From: Camelus dromedarius
Taxonomy: Eukaryota
Reading direction: 5' to 3'
DNA length: 64,000 nucleotides
Assembly: GCF_036321535.1 (NCBI RefSeq)
Contig: NC_087438.1
Location: forward strand, 7,814,001-7,878,000
The notes under the pieces are model-generated. The model was not told the origin of the DNA and ran no database searches. It saw nothing but the letters and a program-made list of their open reading frames with translations. The position numbers and the translations under genes are program-made. Of this stretch, positions 25,306 to 39,224 are shown piece by piece (position 1 is the first letter of the stretch; every line of letters begins with the position of its first letter).

Positions 25306-27211
25306 AGTTTAACTTTTAAAGCAAAAGTTGAAGTCTTACATTCAAAATCTTCTATACCTCAAAGACATTTTTCTATTTTTAAATTGTTCTAATAGGAACT
25401 TAAGTATTTCTCAAGGAAAATAATAATTTGTTAAAAACAATAAAAAGATGGCAAACTTGTTTTGCCACCATCTAGATGGCTTTGCACCTCAAGTCAGACT
25501 CAGGACTGAAACCCAGAGCCTACCTTTCCATCCCCTTCTACTTGGTCCTCCAAGGCCAGGGAGCTGGGTGGGGACTTGCAGCATCTTAATACTGTTGGGT
25601 ATATACCGTGACAATCCCTTGGCCCATGACATCCTGCTCCCATCTTTGCATCCAGTGTTGTCTCTGATCTGTATGATGTGGGGTGAAGCAGTCATGATCT
25701 TCTCTGTTTAAAGATGACACATCTGAGACACACTGAAGGGCTATAATTTTCCCACAAAGCTTAGAAAAGTTAGAGTCAAGGTTTGAATTGTGATCTGAGT
25801 CAAAGCCTCCTAACTTTAGAAGGAGGTTAATTCTAAGGGCTAGTTCAAGAAAGTGATTTCTGTTACTATCTCTTTCCTAGTTCTGTCAGGCTATAATCTA
25901 GGATTCTGCCTGGGAAGATTCTACTTTTGAAGCTCTTCTCTGGTCAAAAGCATGAGACAAACTCACTTCAGGCCCAGCCCAATGTGAATTCTTAAGGCAC
26001 AACATTAGTGATGTCTCATGGGTAGCGAGGGAAAGGGATAATTACGTTCATTCCTAAGACTCTCAAGAGAAGGGATGGGCCCGCCATGCGTGAGTAAGTA
26101 GCCAGCTCCTGGGAAGTAATGTCAGGGGCTGGGCCCCAAGGGCTGGGATGTCACACTCACCAAAGAAGTGAAGACTGTAGCAATGGAGGGAAGATGGCAG
26201 AGGGAGAGAGAAGTGACAAGGGGCAGATACTGAAAGGTATAAAGGAAGGGAGGGTATTGTTACACGGCAGTACTGCCCCCAGTATGTGTGGTACCCATGG
26301 TACTGAGCTTCTGAGAATTATCTGTAGCTTTGTGTCTGTACTGCTATCATTCTGAAGAAAATGAATGTTATAGAGTGATTTATGAATATCTCAAACCTCA
26401 AGCATTGATATGATATGAATGAGAAATGGCAAGCAGAGGTCCAAACTCCCTCTCAATATTTCTCCCACATGCCTGCATTCTTCTAAGAGGTTGCACTCTC
26501 TTATGCGATAAGGGATATTAGTTTATGTAACTCTTAGTGATCAAACTCAAGACTTCTTTGCTATCATGAATCCCTTTCCATCCAGAAACATGGCTATGGA
26601 AATTTTCGATGAGAACCAATCAGGAACAGTGTGTGTTTATAAAGATCCCCCACTCCCCCCAGAAAAAGACCTTCCTAATCGCCTTTCCAGTCATACATTT
26701 GCTTTACTTTAGCATTTTTCCCAAAAGAACTAATAATACTGTTCTTCTGTGTAAACCCATGATTATAAAATGCAGGAGGTTCTTTTCCTTTGGGGACAGG
26801 ACCGGCTACAGCATTACAGGATTCACATGGGTTTTCATACGAGATGTTCGGGTATTAGCTCACTTAGCTGTCAATGACAGTGCTTTGAAAAGCCTCAGCA
26901 TGTCCCAGGGTCCCCTAGAAATGAAGCAGCTCAGTTACACAAACAGCATGGAAAACCTATTACGGCATCTTCAATGACTATACGTACATCTATTCTCATG
27001 TGATTCGTAGTGATCTTTGAGGACCCCTGAGCCCTTAGCTAGAATTTTTAAAAGAAATGCATTTCTAAGTGCAACAGTTCACTATAACTGGTCTTTCTCT
27101 AGCATCCTCAGCAACTGTATTAGAATTGTACTTCTCAAAATTGGACTTCTCTTATTTTCTAAGGACGTTCTCATAATTCCAGATTTCTTTTTTATTGTAA
27201 CAAACTAGTCA

Positions 27212-27460
<249 letters not shown>

Positions 27461-27489
27461 TCAAAGACGAAAACAAAAGCAGGGTGTCG

Positions 27490-27720
27490 TAACATTTGGC
27501 GAATGTCTACCGCAGGTAGGGTACTGCCTCAGCAGTCCAGGGACCACCGAAAATGGGAGAGCCATCCCTGCCCACCAGGAGCTTATGATGGAGGGTGGAG
27601 AGGGTTGGGGCATGTACATAAGTGAGTGTAACTGGCAGTAGAATGGAGAACGATTCTAGCACACTGCTATAGGAAGGAAGAAGGACTGATTAATTCTGAT
27701 TAGCTGAAGATCAAGGCAGT
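27490..27720 (-). mobile_element. L2 fragment about 100 nt upstream of exon 15
   Basis: aacatttggcgaatgtctacc...atccctgcccaccaggagcttatgat. Confidence 0.55.
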
Positions 27721-30700
27721 GTATTTTACAGTTAAATACATTCTATAGGCAGAGCATAGAAGTTACGGTAGTAACTATCATGATCAAATAGTAATGATCA
27801 AATGCCTTCACTTCTCATGCGTAAGTGTGAACTGTGATAAATTCCTGTATCACTTGTAAAGTACGTGTTTTGCCATTGCATCTATGGACATCAAACAAAT
27901 GACTGAATGGACAAAAAAGAGAAAATTGTTATGGTTTATTACATACATTGACATGAGCCATAGGCAAATTTTGATCCTACAGAAATTCTGATGTTTGGTT
28001 TGAATTGAATCTAATGAATAATAGGAGACTATGTAACAAAAAATTAATTACACACACATTTTAAATTATGGCTTCTATTCACAAAGGCATATCAGTAGAC
28101 CTTTAAAAATGATAGTTATAAAGATCACATAGCAATTTGGAAAAATATTTAAGATGAAAGTTAAATAAACAAAGCAAGATGCAAAGGAGTCTGGGGTTTG
28201 TGTTTTATACCAAGTAAAATGCACCATAAAAAAAGTCATAATAGTAAAAATTTATTAATAAAATTGTTTATGGTTTTTACTTTTTCTAAATTTCTTATTT
28301 TTTGTTCTATTATTCTTATAATTTAAAGAATATTGAAAGTTTCAATAATGATCCTGATCTTTGATCACACACAGCCTTTTTCTTTCATTAAAAATAAAGG
28401 CAATGAGTATACTGAGGGTAGAAGTAAAGTAATATGTTTAGAAAAAATATTCCCATATTCATTTTTGACAAAAATCATAGTAAAACAAAAAAATTACTTT
28501 ATAATATTAGGATGGGGACATTAAGTTATTTAACTGCTTATTTTTATCTATTAATGATTATGTAAAGTACTGTCTAAATGTCATATATACTAAGCTTTCT
28601 CATAGATACTTTACATGCATATATGTACATGTGTGTATGTATATATGTCTGTATACATATGAAAACAAAATTATATTTCAGAATCTGTGTAAGTTTCTTA
28701 GTTCTGAAAATTTACCTGGAAGAAAATATAGGCTTATGTCGTATCCTTGTAACAAAAATAAAAGTGTTGATAGAAAATAATATAAAGTTATTTAACGGTC
28801 ACAAGTAATTTGAAGAATTTTGTCATTTATTTTCCAAGAGAAAAATTTTAAAAATCTCATGTCTTCTTTCTCTCAATTAGAACACAGCTTAGCTCAAGTC
28901 GAGGCTGAAGCTCAGGGATGGATGACATCCCATGGATGGGTGATGCACGTCCCACAAAAGGTCATTTTCAATGAGAGTGTCACTCAATCTTAACTTTATA
29001 ACAAGGACACTCAGAGTAGGAATCTTCCTGTTCTTTCAACCGAAGCTACTTCTAAACTGTTCAAAGATGACTTTGCACCTGTGCGTGGCTTATCAATGAA
29101 ACCAGTACATCTCTTAAAAAAAAAAAAAAAAAAAACCCCGACAGTTTAAAGTGAACCAGACCCGTCACGTTGCTCCTGGTTCGTTATTTGAGACTGGCTC
29201 ACTGCACTGGATAGAAAAACAGCACCAGGAAAAGAGAACAGTCATTTCGTGGGTTTGTTGACTTTGATGCTGAAGCAGGAGTAATACTGGTTACTCAGAG
29301 GAAACTAGCTTGGGGTACAGACTCTATCTGCTAGTGCAAAGGGAAGTGAAAAGTTACTTCTTTTTTCCAATTTTTTATTTTGTCAACTCCTTAAAATTTT
29401 TAAGCTATCATTTTCATATAAAGATTAGAACTTAACATGGATGAAATTCCCCTCTCGTGTAAGAGCCCACACAGCAGTTGGAGGTACAGCATAGTAGTAG
29501 TGGCGTGCCCATTACATGTGACAGACAAACTACAAAAAGAGCAAAAAGAAAAAAAGCTATATTATCATCTGCTGGGTTTCATCTTGTTCTTTTTTTCCTT
29601 AACCTCTGCGCAGTAAAGCAAGATAAATGGCTAAAGCAGTAGACAATTTTCTTCAGTTTGACATGTGATCTACATAGCTCTTAAATACCTTTTATTACAA
29701 TCATTTCTTAGTGGCTACAGAGAGAATCTGAAGGAAATAAAAGGAAAACTGGTGTGACTATGGATGATCTTTGATGACAACAAGAGAAGAAGTTCAAAGG
29801 GGATTCTCTGCTATTTCAGAACGTTGATGGCGCCCTGACACGTCAATCCAGAAGAAAAAGAACTGTTTCAAAGCCAGTCACTGTCTTCGCTTTTATCCGA
29901 GTACTTTATTCAAACTTCTATTAATAGGGAAAGAAGCAGCAACTATCCATTAAAAAATAGATTTTTATCACCTATGAAAGACCAGAAATCTTCTTTAAGA
30001 GTTGTGCCAACACACTTGATGTCACGTTGCCCAATGAATCAAGGTCAATAGGAATAAAGGGCAACGGTGACACCAGGATCAGACTGACATCATGAAACAG
30101 TTCTGCACGTGCAACTTTTGCTGCTAACCTCCTTCTAGAGTGAGGATCCACGAGAACTCATGAGATATGCAACTCTTTTACCAAATGGAAATACATCATT
30201 TATAAGTTTAAATATAAGATTCATTTATCCTAAAATTTCTTCAAAACTGGCACGTGGATTGAAGGGAAGCAACAGCTAAATCTTTAACACAGTCACAACA
30301 CTGATCACCCAACTATTTGGTCCTAAGAACACAGAACTAAATTTATAAATAAGCTTTATGCAAACTGTGCTTGTTCTGAATAAATCTTGAGGGCATATTA
30401 CTAAAAATTCTCTAAGAACTTGAAATATGAAAATAACATGTAAAGAAATAATATCTAAGTGTTATGTCCGGAGAGAGAATTTTCTGTGTAATAAAGACAA
30501 GGTATAACCCTGGAGACAAAGTATTTTCAGGAAACCAACAGGGGCAACACTAGCAGAGTATTTTTTGGTTATAGTGTCTGCATTATTGCCAAGTTGTGAT
30601 ATACAGACACACAAAAATCAGGCAGAAAAAGGAAAGCAAAAGAAAAAGGAGAAAGGCATTTGTGGTTTAAAAAAGTTTTATTCCAGCTTGGGGGAAATTT

Positions 30701-31074
30701 TTGTGAAAATAGCCCTTTCTCCTCACGGTTTTACTCCTCATGCTTGAGAGTTAAATACATGTTCCTTAATTTTGTGCATATTTTAATTTTTGTCTGTTAA
30801 ATTTTAACAAATAAAACTTGCAAAAGTTCCAGCAGCTCTTGATACTTAATATTATTAGTTAAATGTTCAAATTATACTTTGTGCCAGTCATTCATGGCTT
30901 TAAACAGGAGAAAAACAGCTGGTGATTTATTTCTAGCATTAAAACTCCTCTTACTCATTGTCGTATTTATAGGAATTTAGAATTTACACATATATTTAGA
31001 GTTCATGAGATTAAGGATTGAGTGGGTTACACCAGAGGTTTTTTTAGATTTTTTTTTTATTGAATAAATAATTT

Positions 31075-31423
31075 GGATTGAATGTTTGTGCCTGCCCTGT
31101 GAGAGCTTAACCCCTACTGTGATGGTATTCAAAGGTGAAGCCTTTGGGAGGGAACTGGTTTTAGATGAGGTCATGAGGGTGGAGCCCTTTTGATGGGATT
31201 AGTGCCCTTATAAAGGGATGAAGGGACCAGAGCTTTCTCTTTTTGCCACGTAGAGACACAGCAAAAAGATGGCCATCTGGAAATCAGAAAAGAGGCTCTG
31301 AAGGGACACCAAATCTGCTGGTCCCTTGGACTTCCAGCCTCCAGAATTGTGAGAAATAAACATCTGTTGCATAAGCACCTGGTCTCGGGCATTTTGTTTT
31401 AGCGGCCCGAGCTGAGCAAGGCG
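31075..31423 (+). mobile_element. MaLR solo LTR (MLT1A-like)
   Basis: tagatgaggtcatgagggtggagccc..tgatgggattagtgcccttataaa; ggacttccagcctccagaattgtgagaaataaa. Confidence 0.85.
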
Positions 31424-33698
31424 GTAATCACAGTGAATGCTAAGCACATCCGGGGTTAGGAAGACCCTCTGGCTGCGCCATGGCTTTCCTGCTACGGCAC
31501 TCTCCTGAGGACAGGCTGGCGGAGTGTCTGCGGCACAGTTACGTAGCAGTAGACTGATTTGTCATCCCGAGCAGTGACACACTCAACAACACGTTACCAG
31601 CACTTTTCCTTACTGGCTTCAAATGCATGACTGTGCGACTCATATCAATAAATCAAATTAGGGAACCGTTTGTATCATTTACTTCCTAAAATTGTTAGAA
31701 TTGAAAGTTTGCATTCTCTCTCTGAGAAGGTAACACTCAAGTCTTTTTATAAAGGAAGAGAGTAACGTGCTCCCGTGTTGGAAGCCAAGGGGATGCTGAA
31801 ATTTGGAGGCGATGCTGTTTGATGTGGTCATGGTCAGGGAAGGACACACACAGGCCATGCTAAGAAATGTCTGCTTAGGAAAGAAATCGCATGGCCGTGG
31901 GAATGGACTCAATGTACGGGTTTTTAAAAAAAGCAAAAAAAAAAAGTCTTTCTTTAGACTTGCTTTTAGTATTTTTGCTTCTCCTTATGGCTTGAATTCT
32001 ATTTAAAAGATGCCTATCTTGGTTTGAGAATGGAATAGTAGAAGCCACTTGTTCCTTAGACAAGAAGAGTGTGACTTCGGGATCAAAATCAGAAAGATCA
32101 AAAACCAGAGAGTAAAGATGTTCGGACACTTGACAAAGAGACCGTGTACACGTGAGGGTCTTCGAGGGCGGCAGCTCCCAAAACGACTCCAATTACTACA
32201 TCCTTAAAGCCCCTCCTGAACAAGGCGAGTTAAGGGGGGAATGTCAGTCCCTCCCTCTGATGGAGCTTACAACTGCCCCAGTCTCTGTTTCCAAGGCACT
32301 GGGCTGGGTACCATGGAGATGCTAACAAGACGTTCTCACCTACGCGGAAGAAGGATTTACACTTCCAGAGGAGTGCTAAAATACCCAGCTCCGTCTCACA
32401 CGTGTCACACCCGCTCCAGTCTCCATACAGAAAAGAGCTTTCACTGCTGCATCTTTGCAACACAAACAGAAGAGGCCTCTTCACCAGCGCCATGCATCTC
32501 TACCACCCAGATTTCTCTACCGATGAGAGAGCAGGAGCGTCATGACGTGAGTGCAGGCCAACTTTGCCTTTTAAGGGATTTCAGTGAAATCGACAACAGG
32601 CCAGAGACATTGCAAGAGGAAGGGAGTGGATCTGCAGCGACAGGGAAACGTTCCGATTTTCGCATCCCACCCTTGCCTCCCAACTGAAGCTGCGCATCAC
32701 AAAACGCAAGAAGAGAAGACAGCCCTGAAGGGGCGAACAGGAGTCGGTCCTTCCTGCAGGGCTGGGCTTAACTCGGCCGCAGTGGGCACTAAGTACTTTA
32801 AAAAGCAACAACCTAAACACAGTCCATCCACCGTCGGCCACTTTTGCGTGACTTGGTTTGAACAGCAGTTACGAACTGATTTTCCCCTTTCAGTGTTTCA
32901 TTATCACTTCCAGCTAACTGGGGGAGGAGGCGGAGAGGAGGGGAGGCGAGGCAGGAAACAGAAATAATGGCTATTAAAAAAAAAAAAACAAGCAACTGTA
33001 AAAAGATGAAAGAGAAATTATTTTTGTGTTGATTCTTGGGAATTTTGAAGAAAAGGGTAGCTTGGGTGTCTAAATTCCCCAGGGAGCTGTTCAGAAGACT
33101 GACTACAGGGCGGCTGAGCCCACGGGGAGAGCAGGCAGAGGTGACGGACAATGAGCTGCATTCACGTGACTCACGTCTCCAGGCTCTCCTCGTAGAAGAC
33201 ACGGGGAATTCTGCACTTGCGAGATTAGAAAGCTGTATTAAAGGAGAAGCTGGCTGTGGTGTTTTCTGAACAAGGCATCAGGACAAAAGCGATTCAGGGG
33301 TAGCCTTGCGGACTCACCCCTTGGCTGCGCGGGCACGTGTCCCTCAGGAGGAGGCCAGAGGGAGGCTGGGGACGTTGCCCACTCCAGAGACTGGCACAAG
33401 GAGGCTGCTGTGCGGTGCCCCTCCGAGCAGTGCTCCCGGGGCTGGTCCACATCACCGGGCTCGCCTGCTCCTTCCCCAAGTCATCCTGATGGAACCAACC
33501 TGAAAGCCTCTAACGCTCATGTAGGATCCTTTCTGCTCCTAACTTCTCATCTACGTCTGGGGAAACCTAGGTTTTGACCTGCCCTGTTACCTGCCTTTTA
33601 AAGGGGCTCTGTCCCTGACTCGCCAGCCTCCTTCAGGTAGTCCTATAGTATAGCTCGTTTATATCTTTGGTGATATATCCCTCAACGGCAGTCTAATA

Positions 33699-33921
33699 CA
33701 GTGGTTTTCAACTGGGGCGATTTTAACCCCCAAGGGGACAACTGGCAATGTCTGGACACACTTTTGGTTGTCACAGCCAGGGGAGGGGGGTGCCACTGAT
33801 TGGCGTCTACTGGGTAGAGGCCAGGGATGGTGATAAACATCCCACAGTGCACAGGACAGCCCCCCACAACAGGAAGTTATCCAGCTCAAAATGTCAACAG
33901 CGCCAAGGTCGAGAAATCCTG
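33699..33921 (+). mobile_element. MER20 hAT-Charlie DNA transposon, full length
   Basis: cagtggttttcaac...ggcaatgtctggacac...aaaatgtcaacagcgccaaggtcgagaaatcctg; degenerate 8-bp TSD gtctaata/gtctagtc. Confidence 0.88.
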
Positions 33922-34579
33922 GTCTAGTCTTGTAAGACACAGTGTATCACTGACAGGTGGCGTGAAGGACTGAATGCTAAAATGTAAACACCAACTAAAT
34001 GTGACACCAAAAATAAGAGTTTTGAAGCCTGTAAACTCACTGAACGTAGAAATACAGCATTTCTAGGTGCTGGTATGTGTTTTAGGTGGGGGGTGGGGAA
34101 GAGGCAGAAGATGCTTTTTCACGGGGCGTGGCAAAGGAGAGCCACCGCACAAAAATGTGCAGCTGCGATCTTCGCGGGCACGTGCGATCTGCGGCTTTGA
34201 GGACGTGAAATATCATGTCTTAAGTCACCAGGCTCCTGGCATATGGTGAGGTGAGATCAGAGCGAGACAATACTGCGCCTGCCGTGAGGGATGAGCCACA
34301 GCTGAAATAAGCAGATGGTTAGAAAGGAGACGGTACTGAGCAGCCAGAGAGAAAGTACGGTTACTAATGAGAAAATGAAAACTGCCTGGAAGAAGGAAAA
34401 ACAACCTGTGATATTAGGAAATGAGGATTTAAAAGCAGCAAGAATGTCCCAAAGGGCAGATCCATCAAGTGATAATAAACCAAATCAACATGTGCTCTCA
34501 CTGTCGCCGGCGCCCAGACTGATTAAGACAAATGTTGGCTTCTGTCGCCAAAGCCTTAAAAGCATTCGTTGGTCTTGAT

Positions 34580-34850
34580 ATTTTACTTTAAAGAATTTAT
34601 CCTTGGGAAGTGATTAAGGACATAGGCGAGATTTAGCCATACGGATGTTTACTGCGATTTAGTTAAGCTTTGGAAGCAACCTAATTTTCTCATAATCGGG
34701 GACTGGTTCACACAGCACAGAGGACCCCTAAGATGGAATTCTTGGTGGCCCTTCTGCATCCTGGTGTCAGTGACTATTTACTGGCAAGGAAAGTGGTCAT
34801 GCAGAGCCAAGTGATGCATGGTCTACAGCAGCATGCAGAGTGAGGCCGAG
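34580..34850 (+). mobile_element. Ancient L1ME-like ORF2/3' fragment
   Basis: aagaatttatcctt...ggatgtttactgc...ttggaagcaacctaa. Confidence 0.5.
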
Positions 34851-34880
34851 GGGTGTCTGCGCCCACACCTGGGCTTCCCT

Positions 34881-35074
34881 TCAGTGCTGCACAGTCACCC
34901 GGCTGCAGGTCCTCAGGGGCTGCCCAGTCTGCAAAGAATTTGCAAACAGTGAAGTGAATAAAAGTTGGTCTTTTTTTATTACTACGGATAGACAGTTCTA
35001 AACAATTTCAATGATAAAATATCCCTCCTCACAGGGGTGGAGAGCTCCTACTGCACCCCCTTCGTAAGCCGCTG
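34881..35074. mobile_element. Non-autonomous hAT-type DNA transposon relic
   Basis: aaaagttggtctttttttattact...ttctaaacaatttcaatgataaaatatccctcc with cagtg...cgctg-like ends; family uncertain. Confidence 0.4.
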
Positions 35075-38000
35075 TACCCCTTTCCCCTTTGGCGAAGAGA
35101 ATGCCCAAGGTTCACCGAGGGTCACGGTTGTTCAACAAAGGCACTGCATTTCCCAGTGCCCCATGCGGCTCAGCTGCCAACGTGTCCCGTACACACTGGG
35201 GGGGTGTGGGCGACAGTGATGGGTGCAGCGTTCAAGGGCGTCCTACAGGAAAGGGGACTCCCCTCCACTCTCTGCTCCATTTCTGCTCCTGGGCTGCGGA
35301 TGTGAAGAGCATTGTCCCTTGAGGAGGACGGCAGCATCTTAAAGATGAGAGCGTGGATCTAAGGATCCTTGGGGGACACTTCAGACCAGGGCCACCAGTG
35401 GCCCCGACTTTCAGATTAATGGGAAATACACTTATCTACTCGCTATCAACTTGGCTATTTGATATGGGCCCTAACTCATGCTCCAACCCATGCAGTGCAA
35501 GTGTATTTTGAAAAGTTAAACAAAGCTCTGCTTGAATACAGAGAAAGGGCGCTGGAAGGATACAGGCCCAGCTGTAAATGGTTACACAGTCCGTCTACAG
35601 GGAAGGTGGCGGAGGGGAGGGTGTTACTGTCTTCCTGTAGCTTACTGCTATTTCACTCACATTATTTACACGTCACGTGTGCGTGTATATACATGTATAT
35701 ATAAAATATACATTTATATTTATAATTAACATCTCTTTTGTCTCAAATTAGGAGAAACATTTAAAATTTAAGTAAGTTTAAAATTCAAATCTCCAGCGTA
35801 CTGATTTAAACTAGCAATCAAATTCATTTTTGTGCTCTGGGATTTTGATTGTTATTTAGTCTCAGAGTCTCACGCCCGTGCCAACAGCAACCACGTGACA
35901 CAGTGGGCAACGTATGAGGCTCCTCTGGAGGTGACACCCAATATGAAACCCTGAAAACCCAAGGGAACTTTTGGGGGATGGGATTTCATAGCATCTAATC
36001 CCATTTCTGTATGTTGCATGCTAACCTCTTCAGAACAAAGCATTTTTCAGTCTGGTGCTATCAAAGCACTGCTTCTCCAGGGATACTTTGAGATACACAC
36101 ATACACCCTTGTTCACATGAATCGCAAGCTCTCAGATGATTATCGTGATACAGAATGTGCACCAGGTTTGGCGGCAATGGCAGACTCAGGATGTAATAAA
36201 ACACAGCACTGCCATTGAGAAGCCGGAGAGCAGCTTGAACCATAAATGGGAAGAGAAGGACCAAGGAGGATTCTTGGCTCAGGGTGGCCCTTGGAGGCAA
36301 AGCGTCACCAAGAAGAAAATGGCTGAGGCTGGGACCAGTCACAGCTCTGAACACCTACTGGAAACTATCCCCCAGCAAGAGCTAGAGGCCCCTGTGGACC
36401 ACAGACTGGCCACCACTCAGCACAGCTGGTGCTGGGCGCTGGGCTAGACATCAAAGACAGAAAGAAGACCCACATAGTCCTTCTTAGTAAATTCTCTCTC
36501 ACGGGAGATCAGGTGATGTGGAAAACTCCTGATGTGACAGACACTAGAGGAGAAGTTTAAATAAAATCATGCGGACGTAGATTAGAGACTGACTAACTTT
36601 CTGCTCGGGGGAAATCTCGGAAGGGCAGAGGTGATGTTTTACTTGGCTCTGAAGGGGATTCTCCTAGTAGTGGAAGGAGAGGAGGAGAAGGCCGGGCGGA
36701 GGACCAGCCCGAGGCAAAGTCCGGGGCTGGCCTGCGGGACGCTGGGATGGGCCAGGGAGAGGGCCTGGCGCGTCCACTAAGACATGTCATCATCATGCAA
36801 GAAACAGGGGCCTGAAAGCCCATTACTGTTGCTTTTGTGGATAAAATGTCACGCTGTTTCCCTAAGTGAGACTTCCCACTAACCTATGCATTTGACATCA
36901 ACAATCTAGAAAAGAGTAGTAATACTTGCTCTTAAATTGAGCCCAGCACACAAAACAAAGATTATCAGGAGAGAGAAAGCCTACCATATAAAAACGCGGA
37001 TCAGAATCATCTTTGAATTCGGATAGGTTTACGTCCTCCCCCACGTGGATACGTGCCCATCCATGCTTGAATGAAAACATTCACAGGGGATATTCAAGCA
37101 GAAGAGAGATTCTGCGTTCTAGGGGATCCTGCTGGTTTTAGCTCTGTTTTTCTCCGTGGGTTTCTCTGTACACAGTCAGGTTCCCACCGAGTAGGTACTG
37201 AAGGCCCAGGTCTGCTTTGGCCAGCAGCCAGTGGTATCCTGCCACTTCACATCCATGTTTAAGCACCACGGATCCCAGGACACCCTTGCAGGAACCGTGG
37301 CCATATCCCAAATTGAAAAACAAACCAGCAAAGATGCATATTTCTGCAGAAGGTGGAAAAGTAAATCAGTCAAATTTATCTACTTCTGTTTCCCTGGACC
37401 TCGCCCTTCAGATTGCCACCCCTGCCGTGCTGCGCCAGGCTGCTGGCCCAAAGCCCCGTGGGGGGCGGGATGGGGATGCAGTGAGGACCTGCTGGGTGAG
37501 ATGAGCCTCTTGGCAAGACATGCAGACTGTTCTGGGGGAGGTTCTGCTTGAAAGAGCCAGAGAAACCAGTAATTTCTTATAATTCAGCAGTAGGCACTGA
37601 GCACAAAATCAGCAATTAACGAATCTGCAAAGTCCTTTTAGACCAGAGTATGATGCATAGCAGCGCCCGATCCATCCACACACAGGCGTTTACAGCCTGA
37701 TGGTTCCAGTACCTTTCAACAGCAATCATTTCGTGAAATAAGAGCACGAATGCAGTATATCTTTGTATCATATATTTTCTTGAATTATCCCTACGAAGGA
37801 TTTAAAAGAAAAAGGTTTTAAGATTTTTATTATAACTAAACCGGACTTGCAGATTGTTACGGTATTTTCCTCAGGCACGGAATACCAATGCCGAAGGTGG
37901 AAGTCAACATAAATTTCTGGATTGCAGCAAGTGCAATCATTAAACCAATTATGATTTTTATGACTTTTGATTCCTGGTAAAATCTCTGGCTCCTCTGTCC

Positions 38001-39124
38001 TGGGAAGCATCCATTGAGGATTAGGTAACTTTTCATGTTACATAGCGTCTCATGCCTTTCTCTGAGGCATCTCAAATTTAAGAGAAGAAAATGTATCCAC
38101 GTGTCTAAACAAACACTCACTTGATCAGTTAGTAGCTTTTTGAATATTATTTTTTTGAATAAGACTTGAAAAGATTACAAATGCAATGTGCATTGTAGAA
38201 AGTGTGTAAATTGACAAGTACACGAAGAATCAATTACTGTCTTCTGTCTTTGATCATGCCTACGTCTACATACAGACCTGTTTCTATATTTCTTTCTTCA
38301 CCACGCTCAGTATCATACACCTTCCCTCATCATCACCCATTCTTTAAAAACCTGACTTTACAAGCAGTAAAGATAACCAGGAGATGGATGGTACCTGACC
38401 ATTTTCATGGCTGTAAACCCAGAACTCCCTCTGTTTGCATCCTCATTAAGCTTGACACTGAATTCCCCGGCACTTCAAAATAGTTTTGTACTATGTTAGA
38501 GCACAGCTTGAAAACCTTTTTAAAAAACTATCATTTGGCTGAAATAACTTTGAAGCTTCTTTATAAACAACAAAGTTCCATTGTATTTTAACTGAGGGTA
38601 GTTTCAGCAAACCTTTCTTAAAGAAATTCTTCTTTTTCTCCCATAAAAGAATATTGTAAGAAAAAAATGGGGCAAACAAATCACATAAAGTTTCATTGAG
38701 GCTTCTGGTGAAAAATCATAAAATTGTATTTATCACTTTACCTTACTCGACTTAGAAAAGAGTTCATTGATGTCATCAAATTTGATTTGAAGTACAGCGT
38801 TCTATGGTGAGAAATCGCTCACCATGACGTTTCATGGAGGCAGCTAACACCTCGAAAGAAGGGCTATATCATGAATGCTGTCTTCTGATCTGTGACTTCT
38901 CTGAACCCAGTCAAATCCTAATCTCACCTGTCATTTAAAAGATTTCAAGCCAGGGCACACTGCGGCAGAGTTGGAGAAAGGGTTTGGTGTCTGGGCAGAT
39001 CTCACAAAATGAGACACCAGTGAGGCACAGGAGCCATCAGAAGGATGTGTTTCAGGATCCAAGCAACGGACTGGAGAGAAACTCTTGAAATCAGAATGTA
39101 TTCCATCTAGGTTTCAAGCTGCCT

Positions 39125-39224
39125 TTCTTTTCTTTTCTTTCTCCTTCCTTCTCCCTTCCTTCCTTCCTCCCTCCCTGCCTCTCTCTTTCTCTCCCCCTCT
39201 CCCTCCTCCTCTCTCTCTTTTTTT
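39125..39224. repeat. Pyrimidine-rich (CCTT/CT) low-complexity tract
   Basis: Read directly. Confidence 0.85.

Noticed and set aside
35686..35701. Perfect 16-bp palindrome tatatacatgtatata
   Set aside because: Falls in TA-rich low-complexity sequence where palindromes arise trivially.
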